A DNA stretch of 64,000 nucleotides from positions 103,665 through 167,664 of the IMG/VR virus record IMGVR_UViG_3300014208_000031, one strand, 5' to 3'. This document shows, one piece after another, positions 18,141 to 28,390 of the stretch. The position numbers and the translations under genes were made by a program. The notes beneath the pieces are model-generated. The model had not been told where the DNA came from. It searched no databases and saw only the letters and a program-made list of their open reading frames with translations. This DNA comes from a virus. How positions within the stretch are numbered: position 1 is the first letter of the stretch; the number at the start of each line of letters is the position of its first letter.

Positions 18141-18734
18141 TTATTGGTTGGATTCGTAGAATGCGCGACAAAACCCCATCGGGGTAATCGAACGAAGCAT
18201 TTTGGTCTTCTCTGACTTCCCGCCGAGTCTTTGCAAATGTGAGCCTTGAGGACAGCTACGAATGGGTTCAACCATATTTGTTGGTTCTGGAAAATTAAAT
18301 CGGCCCCAAAGTCCAGTTTTTTTACTATAAAAATCTCCGTAAAAATAAGGCTGGAAATATCTCGGCCCCAACTCTTTCATTTCTGGAATTAATCTATTTA
18401 TCCGCCCGACGGGATTTTCAATAGCATAAAATTTAGGGTTTAGTTTTTTAATTATTTCTAAAGTTCTTTTAATTAATTTAATACTATATTCTGTTCTGCC
18501 GTCCAAATCCTTGTCTTTGAACCATCGCGCGCCGCTAACGGCAAAATTATCGCAAGGCGGCGCGGCCAATATTCCATAAACATCATCAGGGTCTAAATCA
18601 TTTAACCAAGAATCATCAAAAACATCATGACCATATTTTATATTAATTTGAATACACGGATAACCGTTTTGACGATATGGTAATACCCAATTTCCGCTGT
18701 AATCAAACAGCGATAAAATTACTTTATTTAACAC
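18141..18734 (-). CDS. short C5-cytosine DNA methyltransferase-like protein
   Basis: LSLFD.SG, AAPPC, ENPV, KKT.LWG, RSITP.GF. Confidence 0.8.
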   Translation of the reverse strand: MLNKVILSLFDYSGNWVLPYRQNGYPCIQINIKYGHDVFDDSWLNDLDPDDVYGILAAPPCDNFAVSGARWFKDKDLDGRTEYSIKLIKRTLEIIKKLNPKFYAIENPVGRINRLIPEMKELGPRYFQPYFYGDFYSKKTGLWGRFNFPEPTNMVEPIRSCPQGSHLQRLGGKSEKTKMLRSITPMGFCRAFYESNQ

Positions 18735-18740
18735 GGGAAT

Positions 18741-20222
18741 TTAAAAAGTTAAATGCCAAGTTTCGTAATCTTTATTGTCAGAAATAACTAAAGCATTTTG
18801 AGTTGGCGTTCCTTCTAAATTAAGGGCATTAGCAAATTCATCTCCTTTAGGTAAAGCCCCGAAAGTAAAGAAAGTAAATTGTCCTAAGTCCGCCGATTCA
18901 AACGCATGAGTATCACCTTTAATAAAGAAAATACGTTCAGGTTCATAAAACTTTAATTCCTTACTTGCAATTCTAATAAGTTTTTGGACAAAGGCCACGC
19001 GGCCTTTTTTATCTTGAGGAACTTTAAAGTCGTATTCCGCGGCGGCCCCATGATGCGCGATAATCATAGAATTATTAACTCTGAAAAACATAGAGTCTTT
19101 TAATGACAAATGAAATTTAACAAAATCATAATCTCTAAAAATTTCCTGAATTAGTTTAAAGGTAGGATAAAACGTCCAGCCTTCGTGATTACCCGTTCCA
19201 ACATAACAATTAATTTCATTAAAGTGATCCGCGCAATTCGATATTAAAATACTAATAGCTTTGATTGTAGCGTCAAATTGTTCATATTTAAAAGTATCAC
19301 ATTTTAACACTGTGCCCTTTGTTGTGCGGCCTTCAAACCCATGATTAATATCACCATTAAAAAGAAGGGTTAGTTTGTCGATATTTCTTGATTTGGCGCG
19401 ATTAACAACCTTATTCGCTACTGTTTCAATAGCGTTAAAACATTTTTCGGTATTCCATTCCTCACCGAATACTAAGAATCTACCATCAGCTTTATTTCCA
19501 ATCTGCCAATCGTTAGCAGATAAAAGAATTACATCATTAGAATAGTCATAATTGACAATTTTTTGCTTTACGTTATTTAATTTAAAGTCAAATTTAGAAA
19601 TATATTGCTCAAAAGGGTCAAGCACTCCTACCTGAAATTCTCTCCATTTATTTGCTAAATGGGCGGATTCACGCCAGTCTTTTTTATTAAACTCTTGGAC
19701 TATTTTAAATTTCTTTAATTCTAATAAATCCGCCGAAATATCTTCTACGCTTTTATCTTTAATTTCTTCTTCAGTTAGGGGAAGTTCGGAGTGTGTTAGC
19801 CCAAGCTTTTTAATAATTTCCGTAAGAAAATGTCGAGGGATTCCGTGGGCGCGGGCCAATTCGTTAATTGTTGCTGGCTCACCGAGTAAATCACTAAAGC
19901 TACGCTGAATATCGCGGACAACTTCACCCTTTAAGGTAATATTTTTATTTAATTTATTAAGAAAAAGAATATAAACATCTAAATCTTTATTATATGTTAC
20001 TTCTCCATTAAAATCTAATTCTTGGCCCCAGTTAGAAGTTTCGTTTATTAAGGTATCTTGATTTAGAATTTCACGTTTGGTCTGATTAAAGACTTCGTTT
20101 GACTGTGATTTCGATAGTTTTGTAGTATGTTTAAACCATCGACGCATATTACATTCCAGTTCTCCGGTGGATAATCTTTCTTTAAACTCTTTTAATATTT
20201 CCGACGTAACATTTTTATTCAT
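18741..20222 (-). CDS. calcineurin-like metallophosphoesterase with N-terminal helical/HTH region
   Basis: DWQIG, NGDINHG, GNHE, HHG, GDTH motifs. Confidence 0.7.
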   Translation of the reverse strand: MNKNVTSEILKEFKERLSTGELECNMRRWFKHTTKLSKSQSNEVFNQTKREILNQDTLINETSNWGQELDFNGEVTYNKDLDVYILFLNKLNKNITLKGEVVRDIQRSFSDLLGEPATINELARAHGIPRHFLTEIIKKLGLTHSELPLTEEEIKDKSVEDISADLLELKKFKIVQEFNKKDWRESAHLANKWREFQVGVLDPFEQYISKFDFKLNNVKQKIVNYDYSNDVILLSANDWQIGNKADGRFLVFGEEWNTEKCFNAIETVANKVVNRAKSRNIDKLTLLFNGDINHGFEGRTTKGTVLKCDTFKYEQFDATIKAISILISNCADHFNEINCYVGTGNHEGWTFYPTFKLIQEIFRDYDFVKFHLSLKDSMFFRVNNSMIIAHHGAAAEYDFKVPQDKKGRVAFVQKLIRIASKELKFYEPERIFFIKGDTHAFESADLGQFTFFTFGALPKGDEFANALNLEGTPTQNALVISDNKDYETWHLTF

Positions 20223-20234
20223 ATTTTTAATCTT

Positions 20235-20429
20235 TTATTTATTATATCCTAGTTCTCTTGTCAATTTAAGAAATTTTTCTGTATTGATAATTGTAAAAGT
20301 ATATTCTTTTTCTCCCCAATTACATTCCCATTCTCCAAGATTTAATCTATGAAGGGCTGCCCACCAAATATTTTGCTGTTCTTTTGTTTCTGTTTTCATG
20401 GTTTTTGCTTTCTCTTTAAGAAGCCGCAT
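20235..20429 (-). CDS. hypothetical protein
   Basis: Packed small ORF; start uncertain. Confidence 0.5.
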   Translation of the reverse strand: MRLLKEKAKTMKTETKEQQNIWWAALHRLNLGEWECNWGEKEYTFTIINTEKFLKLTRELGYNK

Positions 20430-20596
20430 GAATTTAAATCAAGATTTATTTCTCCATATTGATTAATAAATTCAAATTGTTCAGCTTCTACATAACCAAT
20501 TTGTCCGCCGATTTCTCCGGCCAAAATATCAGGTTCTGGCGGCTGTTCATCTAAAAATGGAAAAACTAGTTGAGTTTCAGAATTTAATTCATTCAT
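20396..20596 (-). CDS. hypothetical protein
   Basis: Preceded by both promoter-like motifs. Confidence 0.6.
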   Translation of the reverse strand: MNELNSETQLVFPFLDEQPPEPDILAGEIGGQIGYVEAEQFEFINQYGEINLDLNSCGFLKRKQKP

Positions 20597-20635
20597 TTTG
20601 TCTTTATCTTATATCCTTTTACACTATTTGGCCGG

Positions 20636-21067
20636 TCAATATCGTTCTTGGACGATAAAACTATCGGCGGAATCACTATCAATATTTAAAGCCATACTAA
20701 TTAGCCAATTTACATTTGGAACAACATCTGGCAATAATTTAACTTGAAAAATAGATATTTCTTCGTTTTCCATCTGTTTAGCTTCGGTAATTTTATTACT
20801 AAATGTTCTAAAAAAATGAACTTTCCAGTCACATTGAATATTTTGGCCGGTTAAAATTGCAAATTTATGCCAGTTTTCCTCAGAAATATCTATTCCTAGT
20901 TCTTCTTTGGTTTCCCTGACCATGCAAGTTTCAATAGTTTCATCAACTTCCAATCTTCCGCCGATCCCATTCCATAAATTGGGTGTTGGAGAATTTGGTT
21001 TCTTTTTAATTAGTAAAACTCGATTACCGGAAATATCGAAAATAAATCCACAAGAATATTCTTTCAT
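20636..21067 (-). CDS. NUDIX hydrolase (MutT-like)
   Basis: GGRLEVDETIETCMVRETKEELG Nudix box. Confidence 0.9.
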   Translation of the reverse strand: MKEYSCGFIFDISGNRVLLIKKKPNSPTPNLWNGIGGRLEVDETIETCMVRETKEELGIDISEENWHKFAILTGQNIQCDWKVHFFRTFSNKITEAKQMENEEISIFQVKLLPDVVPNVNWLISMALNIDSDSADSFIVQERY

Positions 21068-21126
21068 AAGAAAATTTATATACTTTTTAGTCTAGAAATT
21101 AACTTTCTAAAAACTCTACTACTTCA

Positions 21127-21600
21127 TCAAAAGATTTGTTGTTTTAAGTCTAAAACCGGTATTTTTAATGATTCTGCAATACGAACACCTTGCCCAGTGC
21201 CTCCCCCTCCTTGCTTTTTATGATTTAAAAATACAATAACTTTGTCCGCTCGGTGGACGATACCATAATTTCTCGCCATCAGTCTTTTAACACCCTGGCT
21301 TAAATTATTCCAACCTCCATGAAACGGAGCGGTCAATTCAAACCATTCTTTTTTAGGTTCGTAACAAATTTTGTTTTTAGGATTTAGATGATAAGTTTCA
21401 TATGTTTTCCAAGGAAGATAAATTATTACGTTTTCCGGTTTAATAGAATTCCCTCCTTTTGCAAATGCTTGGTCAGAACCTAATGCGTTACCAGATGATA
21501 TATAGTCCCCGCCCGAAACAATAAATCGACCAATCTGAAAAAACAACTCTTCTTGATCCAAATTTATAGTTCTAGACCCGATACATGCAATACGTTTCAT
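21127..21600 (-). CDS. SLOG/DprA-like protein
   Basis: IGSR, SGNALGSD, ARN, GGGGTG..A...IPV. Confidence 0.8.
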   Translation of the reverse strand: MKRIACIGSRTINLDQEELFFQIGRFIVSGGDYISSGNALGSDQAFAKGGNSIKPENVIIYLPWKTYETYHLNPKNKICYEPKKEWFELTAPFHGGWNNLSQGVKRLMARNYGIVHRADKVIVFLNHKKQGGGGTGQGVRIAESLKIPVLDLKQQIF

Positions 21601-21616
21601 CTAAATTTATATCCTT

Positions 21617-22498
21617 TTATCCGAGTAAATCCACAATACTTTGTCCGCCGAGTTTAACTAAACGATCATTCCAGTCGTTTTCGGGCGGAAATATGATTTT
21701 TACAACATTTTCATCAAAGAAATTACTTAATTTAACTTTAATCTTTTCGGCGGCTTCATTTCCTACATTATTCTTTAAGCTATCATTATCTAGACAAATT
21801 TTGATACTTTTAAGATTTAAGCTGAGAAGAGAGGTCAAAACTTTACCGTGTAGTCTAGTTCCGAAAATACAAATTACGTTTTTAATCCCGGCGGACCAAA
21901 GAGAGAAAAGATTACCTAATGATTCCACTAAAATAACTTCTTGTTTTTGTTTTATAATTTCTAAATTTAAGTAAAGAGGAAAACAAACTTCTGAAACTTT
22001 AAATAAATGTTTCCACTTCGGCTTCATCCAATTTTCTAAAGCTCGCCCGGATATACCCACAATCTCTTTATTTTGACCGTAGATAATAGTACAGGCTCTT
22101 TTAGCCATTTTACCGTCATTAAATATTCCACAAGTAAATTCGTCAAATATGGATTCATTAATGTCGCGAGATTTCCAATACGAATTATCTTTTATTAGAG
22201 AATCTAAAATAGAATTATCAAATTTTTTAGGAAGTTTTAACTCATCAATAAAATCAGTGTTGGAAAAAGCAAACTGAGATTCTTCCAGTTTATTTCCGGC
22301 AATAATTTCGGCTAGTTTAGAAAACGGCCCGCCGGATGCTTGAACGAAATCAAACCAAAAACCAGTTTTTTTATTAATAGATAAATTCCAGTTTGAGCCG
22401 CCGCGATACAAACATTTTGACGACCATTCATTTCCAGCGTCTCTAACTGGATAACCATGTTCTTCTAAAAAAGATTTAATGTCTAGTTCTTGCTCCAT
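21617..22498 (-). CDS. DNA primase (TOPRIM)
   Basis: VGISGR, PKWKH, LVES, FGT, LDND, NDWND. Confidence 0.85.
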   Translation of the reverse strand: MEQELDIKSFLEEHGYPVRDAGNEWSSKCLYRGGSNWNLSINKKTGFWFDFVQASGGPFSKLAEIIAGNKLEESQFAFSNTDFIDELKLPKKFDNSILDSLIKDNSYWKSRDINESIFDEFTCGIFNDGKMAKRACTIIYGQNKEIVGISGRALENWMKPKWKHLFKVSEVCFPLYLNLEIIKQKQEVILVESLGNLFSLWSAGIKNVICIFGTRLHGKVLTSLLSLNLKSIKICLDNDSLKNNVGNEAAEKIKVKLSNFFDENVVKIIFPPENDWNDRLVKLGGQSIVDLLG

Positions 22499-22806
22499 TA
22501 TAATTTACTTATTCTAGTTCCACTAAAAGGATGCCACGCAAATTTAACCATTGGTTTAGTTAAAATCCAACCTAATTCGTCCGGCCAAACATCAATTTCT
22601 TTGTTTTCGCTAATACATTTCCAGCCGCCGAAAGTATTTCTTTTTGAATCTTTAGGTATCAATGCAGCGGCTTCACGCCATTTATTAAAAGGAATAACAA
22701 TATCATAATCGCGCGGACTTTTATTTTCAGGATCGGCGGCGGAACCAACAATCCATCCGTCACAAACATGAGTTAATTTGGCGGCTAATTCGGGTAAAAC
22801 TCTCAT
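22498..22806 (-). CDS. minimal Pol-beta-superfamily nucleotidyltransferase
   Basis: IVGS-x10-DYD and a third Asp in IDVW; NTFGG.K. Confidence 0.6.
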   Translation of the reverse strand: MRVLPELAAKLTHVCDGWIVGSAADPENKSPRDYDIVIPFNKWREAAALIPKDSKRNTFGGWKCISENKEIDVWPDELGWILTKPMVKFAWHPFSGTRISKL

Positions 22807-24240
22807 TTAAAATAAATCCCCGGATTCACTTTTAGGTTTTTTAGGTAACATTTGTAAGCTTAACTGTTCTTGTAATGTGTTCATTTCAGTAACAACAAAG
22901 CTATCTATTCTAAAATTGATATGATTTGGAATATACATGTCTTTTTTATCTTTAGTAATTTTAACCGTATCAATACTATCATACTCTAACCCAACATCTC
23001 TTGTAAACATCGGGACTAGTTTATGGGTCGATTTACCACCTTCTAATGCTATATCATCTAATGTTTTCTTTTTGAATAAAAATACAGATGACGCAAATTT
23101 ATTAACTTCTTTACTTAATCCTGTCTCGTCTGCTGCGTTAGCTTGGGCGGCTGCTAAAATTGGACATTGTAACTCAGATGCTAATTTTTTTGTGGCATCT
23201 ACAGCGTACCCCATTTTCATTGAACCAGCATAGGCATTATCAACCCCATCATTTAATGTTAATTTAAAATAATCTAAAGCCACAATAGCTTTTTTACCAG
23301 TTGTATTAATATTTTTCCAGTGCCACCGTCTTATAATGGAATGTTGTTCTTCTGTTGTTGCATTTGCAACATAAATATGGTCTATTTTTGAAAAATATTT
23401 TTTAATTAACGGCCAAATTTCACGAACTTTTTTAAGAGTAATGGAATTATTTCTCCAAGTTCCGTCTTTTAATAACTTTTCATGGACTCCAGTTAAATTA
23501 GATAATAATCTTCTTTGAACCCTATAAGTTTCCAATTCGGTATCTATCATCAACGCCCTAACATTACTGTCTGATTGCGTGGTCTTGATTAAGATGTCTA
23601 ATAAGATTGTACTTTTACCTGACTTGGGAGGACTAACAAAAACTACTAAATCACCCGGATACCATCCTCCATAATTATTTTGATATTTTTGATATGGCGC
23701 AACAATTTCATGTTTTTTATCGTCGTCAGCGATACCTTCAATATACTCTTCTAGCCCGGCGAATAAGTCTTGAGGTTCATTATTTAAGTTAAAATTATTT
23801 ATTACCTCCCCGTAAAGGGCGTCGGATTTAGCTATTACTTGATCAAAAGAATCATTAGCTGAATTATTTAAATATTTTTGAATTTCTTCTGTTTGCTTAA
23901 AAATCTGTTCTTTTCCCCAAATTTTAGCCAAGTCTTTAAAATACCCTAAACTAGCTTCTTTATTTATTTGGATTAATTCTAAAGCTTCTAAATACGAATA
24001 AACATCAATTTCAAAAGTTAAATTAAGATTAGATATTTTGTTACTAATCGTAAACTTGTCAATTGGCTCTTTATTGAGTAAAGCCGCGCGAATTACACTA
24101 AAAATTATCTGATTTAATTTGTTTGAATAGAAATTTTCTTTTACTACGTTATCTATATCGGCAAAAATGTCAGGATTTTGGACTAACGCGGCTAAAGAAT
24201 GGCGTTCTAGCTCTAATTTATTTGGGGATTTAAGTGGCAT
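22807..24240 (-). CDS. dnaB: DnaB-like replicative helicase
   Basis: N-terminal DnaB domain (LERHSLAAL), Walker A SPPKSGKST, IDTE, LDY, AAQAN. Confidence 0.85.
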   Translation of the reverse strand: MPLKSPNKLELERHSLAALVQNPDIFADIDNVVKENFYSNKLNQIIFSVIRAALLNKEPIDKFTISNKISNLNLTFEIDVYSYLEALELIQINKEASLGYFKDLAKIWGKEQIFKQTEEIQKYLNNSANDSFDQVIAKSDALYGEVINNFNLNNEPQDLFAGLEEYIEGIADDDKKHEIVAPYQKYQNNYGGWYPGDLVVFVSPPKSGKSTILLDILIKTTQSDSNVRALMIDTELETYRVQRRLLSNLTGVHEKLLKDGTWRNNSITLKKVREIWPLIKKYFSKIDHIYVANATTEEQHSIIRRWHWKNINTTGKKAIVALDYFKLTLNDGVDNAYAGSMKMGYAVDATKKLASELQCPILAAAQANAADETGLSKEVNKFASSVFLFKKKTLDDIALEGGKSTHKLVPMFTRDVGLEYDSIDTVKITKDKKDMYIPNHINFRIDSFVVTEMNTLQEQLSLQMLPKKPKSESGDLF

Positions 24241-24241
24241 T

Positions 24242-24652
24242 TTAAGAATTTAAGAAAGACTTTAAGTTTTTTGGTTTAGTAATTATTTGTGAATCCGCGC
24301 CGATTTTCACCGGTGTTAATTCAACAATCTCGGCGGACTTTTTCTTATTAAATTCCCATAAATTGTACATTTCTTTAATATGCTGAATTCCCCAACTACC
24401 CGTGAGTGGGCGCAACGACTCAACTTCAGATAAAAAATCTGGTAAATTAAACTGTTCTACAAATTCAAATCCATATTTTTTGACCCAACTTTTCAATATA
24501 GAAGTTTCTATCACATAATTAATTTTAAAAGCGTCAACATGACCCAAAAGTCTTAAAAGAATCGCGCGGACTTTTTTTCTATTATCTAATTTCCTTTGTT
24601 CTTCTTCGGATAAGATTTTCTTTGGGCGCGGCATAAATTTATAATGTATCAC
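24242..24652 (-). CDS. hypothetical protein
   Basis: ORF with promoter-like motif 7 nt upstream of GTG. Confidence 0.7.
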   Translation of the reverse strand: MIHYKFMPRPKKILSEEEQRKLDNRKKVRAILLRLLGHVDAFKINYVIETSILKSWVKKYGFEFVEQFNLPDFLSEVESLRPLTGSWGIQHIKEMYNLWEFNKKKSAEIVELTPVKIGADSQIITKPKNLKSFLNS

Positions 24653-24724
24653 CCAAAATTATATCCTTTTCTGGATTCCGCGCGGATAACTCTTTTTAAG
24701 AAAACTTAATGGAATCTAAAAAAA

Positions 24725-25024
24725 CTAATCTTCGTCTTCGTCTTCAAACCGATCACAATCTGGGTCATGTCCGCCATTCATTCCTAGAAAATCTTGAGTA
24801 GATGAAATTTCTTCGGCTGCATTTATCCCTCCGATAAAATTTGTAGCATAGGCTCTAATTCCAATTTCATTTATCGTATCGGAAAATTCCGCGCGGACAT
24901 CTGGCTCGCCATTATTAGAATAAAATATTATATAATTTCCATTTGTGCATTCGCTAATTTGTTTTAGTAGTGACTCTGGAAATTCAAAAAATCCATCAAT
25001 CGGGTCAGTAAATTTTTTACTCAT
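24725..25024 (-). CDS. hypothetical protein with acidic tail
   Basis: Packed ORF. Confidence 0.7.
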   Translation of the reverse strand: MSKKFTDPIDGFFEFPESLLKQISECTNGNYIIFYSNNGEPDVRAEFSDTINEIGIRAYATNFIGGINAAEEISSTQDFLGMNGGHDPDCDRFEDEDED

Positions 25025-26291
25025 ATTGTGTTTTATATCTTTCTATTGATTCCGGGCACCATCCTCTAAAAATTGCTTTTTCAATACGGTTTTTATCTTT
25101 ATCGGAAAAGTCGTATATTAGTTTTTTAGAATATAGCTCTCTAATTAAAGTAAAGTCAGTTTCATATTTAACAATTCTATATTCGATTCCGAGGTTTTTA
25201 CAAAATTGTATTGCAGCCTCGGATTTCGCAAGAGTAATTCCGTCTAGTTTTCTTTTGAGGGGTTTAACTTCAATTATAATAGAATTATCAACAAAAAAAT
25301 CAGGATAATAGTTTCTCTTTTGTCCACCAAAAACGTAAGGAATTCTGAATCTTGAACTTTCCGCGGACTCATAAATTAAATTTTTTCTTTCAATTTCAAC
25401 TATAAAATACGTTAATTCTGTTAAACTCCTAAACCACAAACCATTATATCTGGAGGAAATTCCGAATCCAGAAGTTGCGGGTTTTACTTGTATTTTAGGA
25501 TTCGTATGAAGATTCTTTTTTTGATGACCTTCTTTGATTTTTCGTTTCCATTCTAGATACCTTATTTCGGCTTCTTCTTTACCATATTTTTCTATGAGTT
25601 TTTGATAAAGTGACCTTCTGTCTGCTTCCCAATATTTATGTTTGCTTTTTCTCCTAGTAACTTTGTGTTTATTTAAAATCTCTAACACTGTTCGGCTTGA
25701 GATATTGAATATTTTAGAAATTTCTTCCTGAGTTTTAGTTGAATTAACGTAAACGTTCACTAATTCCATTTCTCTTTCATCTCCTAATGCCGAATATTCT
25801 TTAGTTTCTACATTATTTTTTAATAAGACTTCTTTTATTTTGCTGCCATTAACTTTAAATAATTTTCCTATATTATTGATACTAACCTTTTTCTCTACAT
25901 AAAGTTCAACAATTTTGTCTTCGTTATCTTTAACCTTCAGTTCGGTATAAAAAGAGGCATCTCTATTTGTATTAATTCCTCTTTTTCTTAAAATTTGGCC
26001 AATCAAGCCATCACAACAATTATATTTTCTACCTATTTCCGTCATTGACGCGCCGTTATCGTGTAATTTTACCATTTCATCTATTTGATTTTCAGAAAAG
26101 AAAAGTTTATTGTGTGCTGGTTTAAATTTTACAGAAGTATCAATTTGGTTGATTTTAAGTATTTTCGTTATTTTTGGGCGGCTACATTTATAATGTCGAG
26201 CAATGTTATCAACTGTAATTCCGCGTAAAAACATCTCACAGATTTCCTTTTCGTCTGTTTCTGTTAGATTTACATGAATTCCGCACGGCAT
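25017..26291 (-). CDS. multi-HTH protein with TnsA-like PD-(D/E)xK endonuclease (homing endonuclease-like)
   Basis: Four repeated HTH units; FRSLTE, IPY, YYPDF..IIEVKP. Confidence 0.75.
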   Translation of the reverse strand: MPCGIHVNLTETDEKEICEMFLRGITVDNIARHYKCSRPKITKILKINQIDTSVKFKPAHNKLFFSENQIDEMVKLHDNGASMTEIGRKYNCCDGLIGQILRKRGINTNRDASFYTELKVKDNEDKIVELYVEKKVSINNIGKLFKVNGSKIKEVLLKNNVETKEYSALGDEREMELVNVYVNSTKTQEEISKIFNISSRTVLEILNKHKVTRRKSKHKYWEADRRSLYQKLIEKYGKEEAEIRYLEWKRKIKEGHQKKNLHTNPKIQVKPATSGFGISSRYNGLWFRSLTELTYFIVEIERKNLIYESAESSRFRIPYVFGGQKRNYYPDFFVDNSIIIEVKPLKRKLDGITLAKSEAAIQFCKNLGIEYRIVKYETDFTLIRELYSKKLIYDFSDKDKNRIEKAIFRGWCPESIERYKTQYE

Positions 26292-26323
26292 AGTTTTAAA
26301 AGTCTTGTCTAATCCTATATACT

Positions 26324-26590
26324 TTACACTTTTTCTTTCAATTTCTTATCATTTTCTGTTTGAAACCCTAAAACTTTCTCATCTAACTCAGCGGATAATT
26401 CATTTTCATAAAAATACACTTCTTTTATTTCTTCCCCAGCAAAATATCTAATATTATAGCTTAATCCTAAATTACTTAAATAAATAGATTTAACTACCCC
26501 AATTTTATTTAATTCGAGTATTTTAACTTTGTCTAATAAATCAAATTTGGTTTCTAATATCATTTTACTAGTAATCTCCATTCCTTTCAA
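26324..26590 (-). CDS. hypothetical protein (SH3-like)
   Basis: KFDLLDKV..GVV..Y.IRY..FYENEL. Confidence 0.6.
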   Translation of the reverse strand: MKGMEITSKMILETKFDLLDKVKILELNKIGVVKSIYLSNLGLSYNIRYFAGEEIKEVYFYENELSAELDEKVLGFQTENDKKLKEKV

Positions 26591-26816
26591 AGCCGCGCGC
26601 GACTTCTTCTTTTGATTCTTCTAAATATATTTTTTCTTTTTCTAGTCTGACTATTTCTCTTTCATAATTCATTTTAAGTTGAGAGTATTTTTCTTCAAAT
26701 TCCGCTTTAAATTTTTTATATCCTTCGTCTAGGAAATTTTTAGCCTCTCTGACTTTAATTTCCTGTTCTTTTACATCTAATTCAACTCTTTTGACCCTGT
26801 ATTCTTTTTCGTTCAT
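26568..26816 (-). CDS. coiled-coil hypothetical protein
   Basis: Charged heptad-rich ORF. Confidence 0.65.
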   Translation of the reverse strand: MNEKEYRVKRVELDVKEQEIKVREAKNFLDEGYKKFKAEFEEKYSQLKMNYEREIVRLEKEKIYLEESKEEVARGFERNGDY

Positions 26817-27229
26817 AAATCTAAGTCAAATTTTTCTTTTAAATATTGTTTAGAGAGGTTTTTTAAATCTTCATCGTACCACTCCAGAAAAGTGAAGCCG
26901 CCGCGTTCAGCCCATAACATTTTATCTGCATCGGCCTTAATTTTCTTATGGAACCCAACTCTATTGCCGTGCATAAATTTATTGAATTCTAAATGTAATT
27001 TGTCAGGACTAATTTCAATACAAATTTTAGAACTTAGGTTGATCAAGTCGATACGGTAAAGAGATGATGGAATTCTAAATTCTTCTAGAACAATTGATGA
27101 TTTCCAATAAGGGTAGAGAAATTTTTTAGCCTTGAATTGGGGCGCGGATACTTTACGTGACCAATCAATAAGATATGGAGAAATGTTAACATTAACTAAC
27201 TTGTCACTTTCAAATTTTAAAAATTTCAT
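26813..27229 (-). CDS. PD-(D/E)xK nuclease (DUF559/Vsr-like)
   Basis: EEF..IDL..ICIEI..H..D..K..W. Confidence 0.65.
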   Translation of the reverse strand: MKFLKFESDKLVNVNISPYLIDWSRKVSAPQFKAKKFLYPYWKSSIVLEEFRIPSSLYRIDLINLSSKICIEISPDKLHLEFNKFMHGNRVGFHKKIKADADKMLWAERGGFTFLEWYDEDLKNLSKQYLKEKFDLDL

Positions 27230-28381
27230 TTATTCACAAAGTAAATTCTTAAACTTATTATAAAACCATTCAAAAACTACTTTATCATTCTCGATATATT
27301 CATATAGATTATTTAATCCTTGAATAGTCTCTTGTAATTTAATTCCGGCGGCTTCACTTTCTTGTATGATTTCTGGAGAGAAGTTAATCCACGCACCTTT
27401 TCTAGTCGCAAAACTCCATGACAAAATATTGTCCGCTACTTCCTTGGATACCCATATTGCATTACCAATTTTATTTTTACGAATAGGAATTTTTATTTTT
27501 AATCCAGATACGTCGGTCGCAGATTTTTTAATTTCTACAGTCGCATAAACCCCAATTATTTTGTTTTTAAGATGATCCGGTTTTTCATCTGGTTTTTCTA
27601 GGATTTGATCTCCCGTAAATCTCTGACCGTAGGAGAGTACGTAATCACTCTGATGCTCGACTGACGCTCCACCGACACTTGGCCCTTGTCTTTTTGCTTC
27701 CGTTGAATATTTATCTAATTCTATACTAGCAGAATACTGACCAGTAATTAGTAATAATGCATCATAGTGAGATATTGGTAATCCTAGATGCCTAAATAGC
27801 AATTTTGTCATTTTTGGAACCCCTGCTACCATGCCGGTGTTATCTACTTCTTTTGTATGTAAATCCGTCTTTAAAATAACTCCATCAAGGCTGTCTAAGA
27901 TTATTACAAGGTATTCCCCATTTTCATGCATTTCTTCTAGTAGTTTTTTTACTACTTTAGCTATTGTTTCAAATGTATTAGTCGATAAAATAAATACCGT
28001 TCCATAATCCCAATCTTCAGGATTTGTTACGAATTTATGCCCACTTCTTTTTTGCATTTCTTCACTTAATCTTGATTCTGCTTTAATAAAAAGAGTTTTA
28101 GATTTTGGCATTACGTCCATATAATTCCGCGCGATTACAAAACATTCAGACGTTTTTCCTAATTCTGCGCCTTTACCTACTAATCTAACTACGCCACCAG
28201 AACGGATTTTAACATAACTGTCTAAAGTGAGCGAGCCCGTAGAGATAATTTGATGTCTAGGTATAATATGATTATAAATATCGTCTTTGTTTTCTTTTAG
28301 AAGGCTGGATAATATGTCATTTGATCGACTTCCAGAAATTCCTTCTTCCTCAATACTAACATTTTTATTTTTTGGTGCCAT
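27230..28381 (-). CDS. recA: RecA/UvsX-like recombinase
   Basis: ISTGSLTLD, GKTS, IILDSL, GG.SVEH, GAWI. Confidence 0.8.
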   Translation of the reverse strand: MAPKNKNVSIEEEGISGSRSNDILSSLLKENKDDIYNHIIPRHQIISTGSLTLDSYVKIRSGGVVRLVGKGAELGKTSECFVIARNYMDVMPKSKTLFIKAESRLSEEMQKRSGHKFVTNPEDWDYGTVFILSTNTFETIAKVVKKLLEEMHENGEYLVIILDSLDGVILKTDLHTKEVDNTGMVAGVPKMTKLLFRHLGLPISHYDALLLITGQYSASIELDKYSTEAKRQGPSVGGASVEHQSDYVLSYGQRFTGDQILEKPDEKPDHLKNKIIGVYATVEIKKSATDVSGLKIKIPIRKNKIGNAIWVSKEVADNILSWSFATRKGAWINFSPEIIQESEAAGIKLQETIQGLNNLYEYIENDKVVFEWFYNKFKNLLCE

Positions 28382-28390
28382 TTTATTTAA

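Noticed and set aside
18125-18271. N-terminal extension of the amino-methyltransferase given in the ORF track
   Set aside because: Overlaps the upstream C5-MTase gene by about 130 nt; the typical MTase N-terminus begins at ATG 18124
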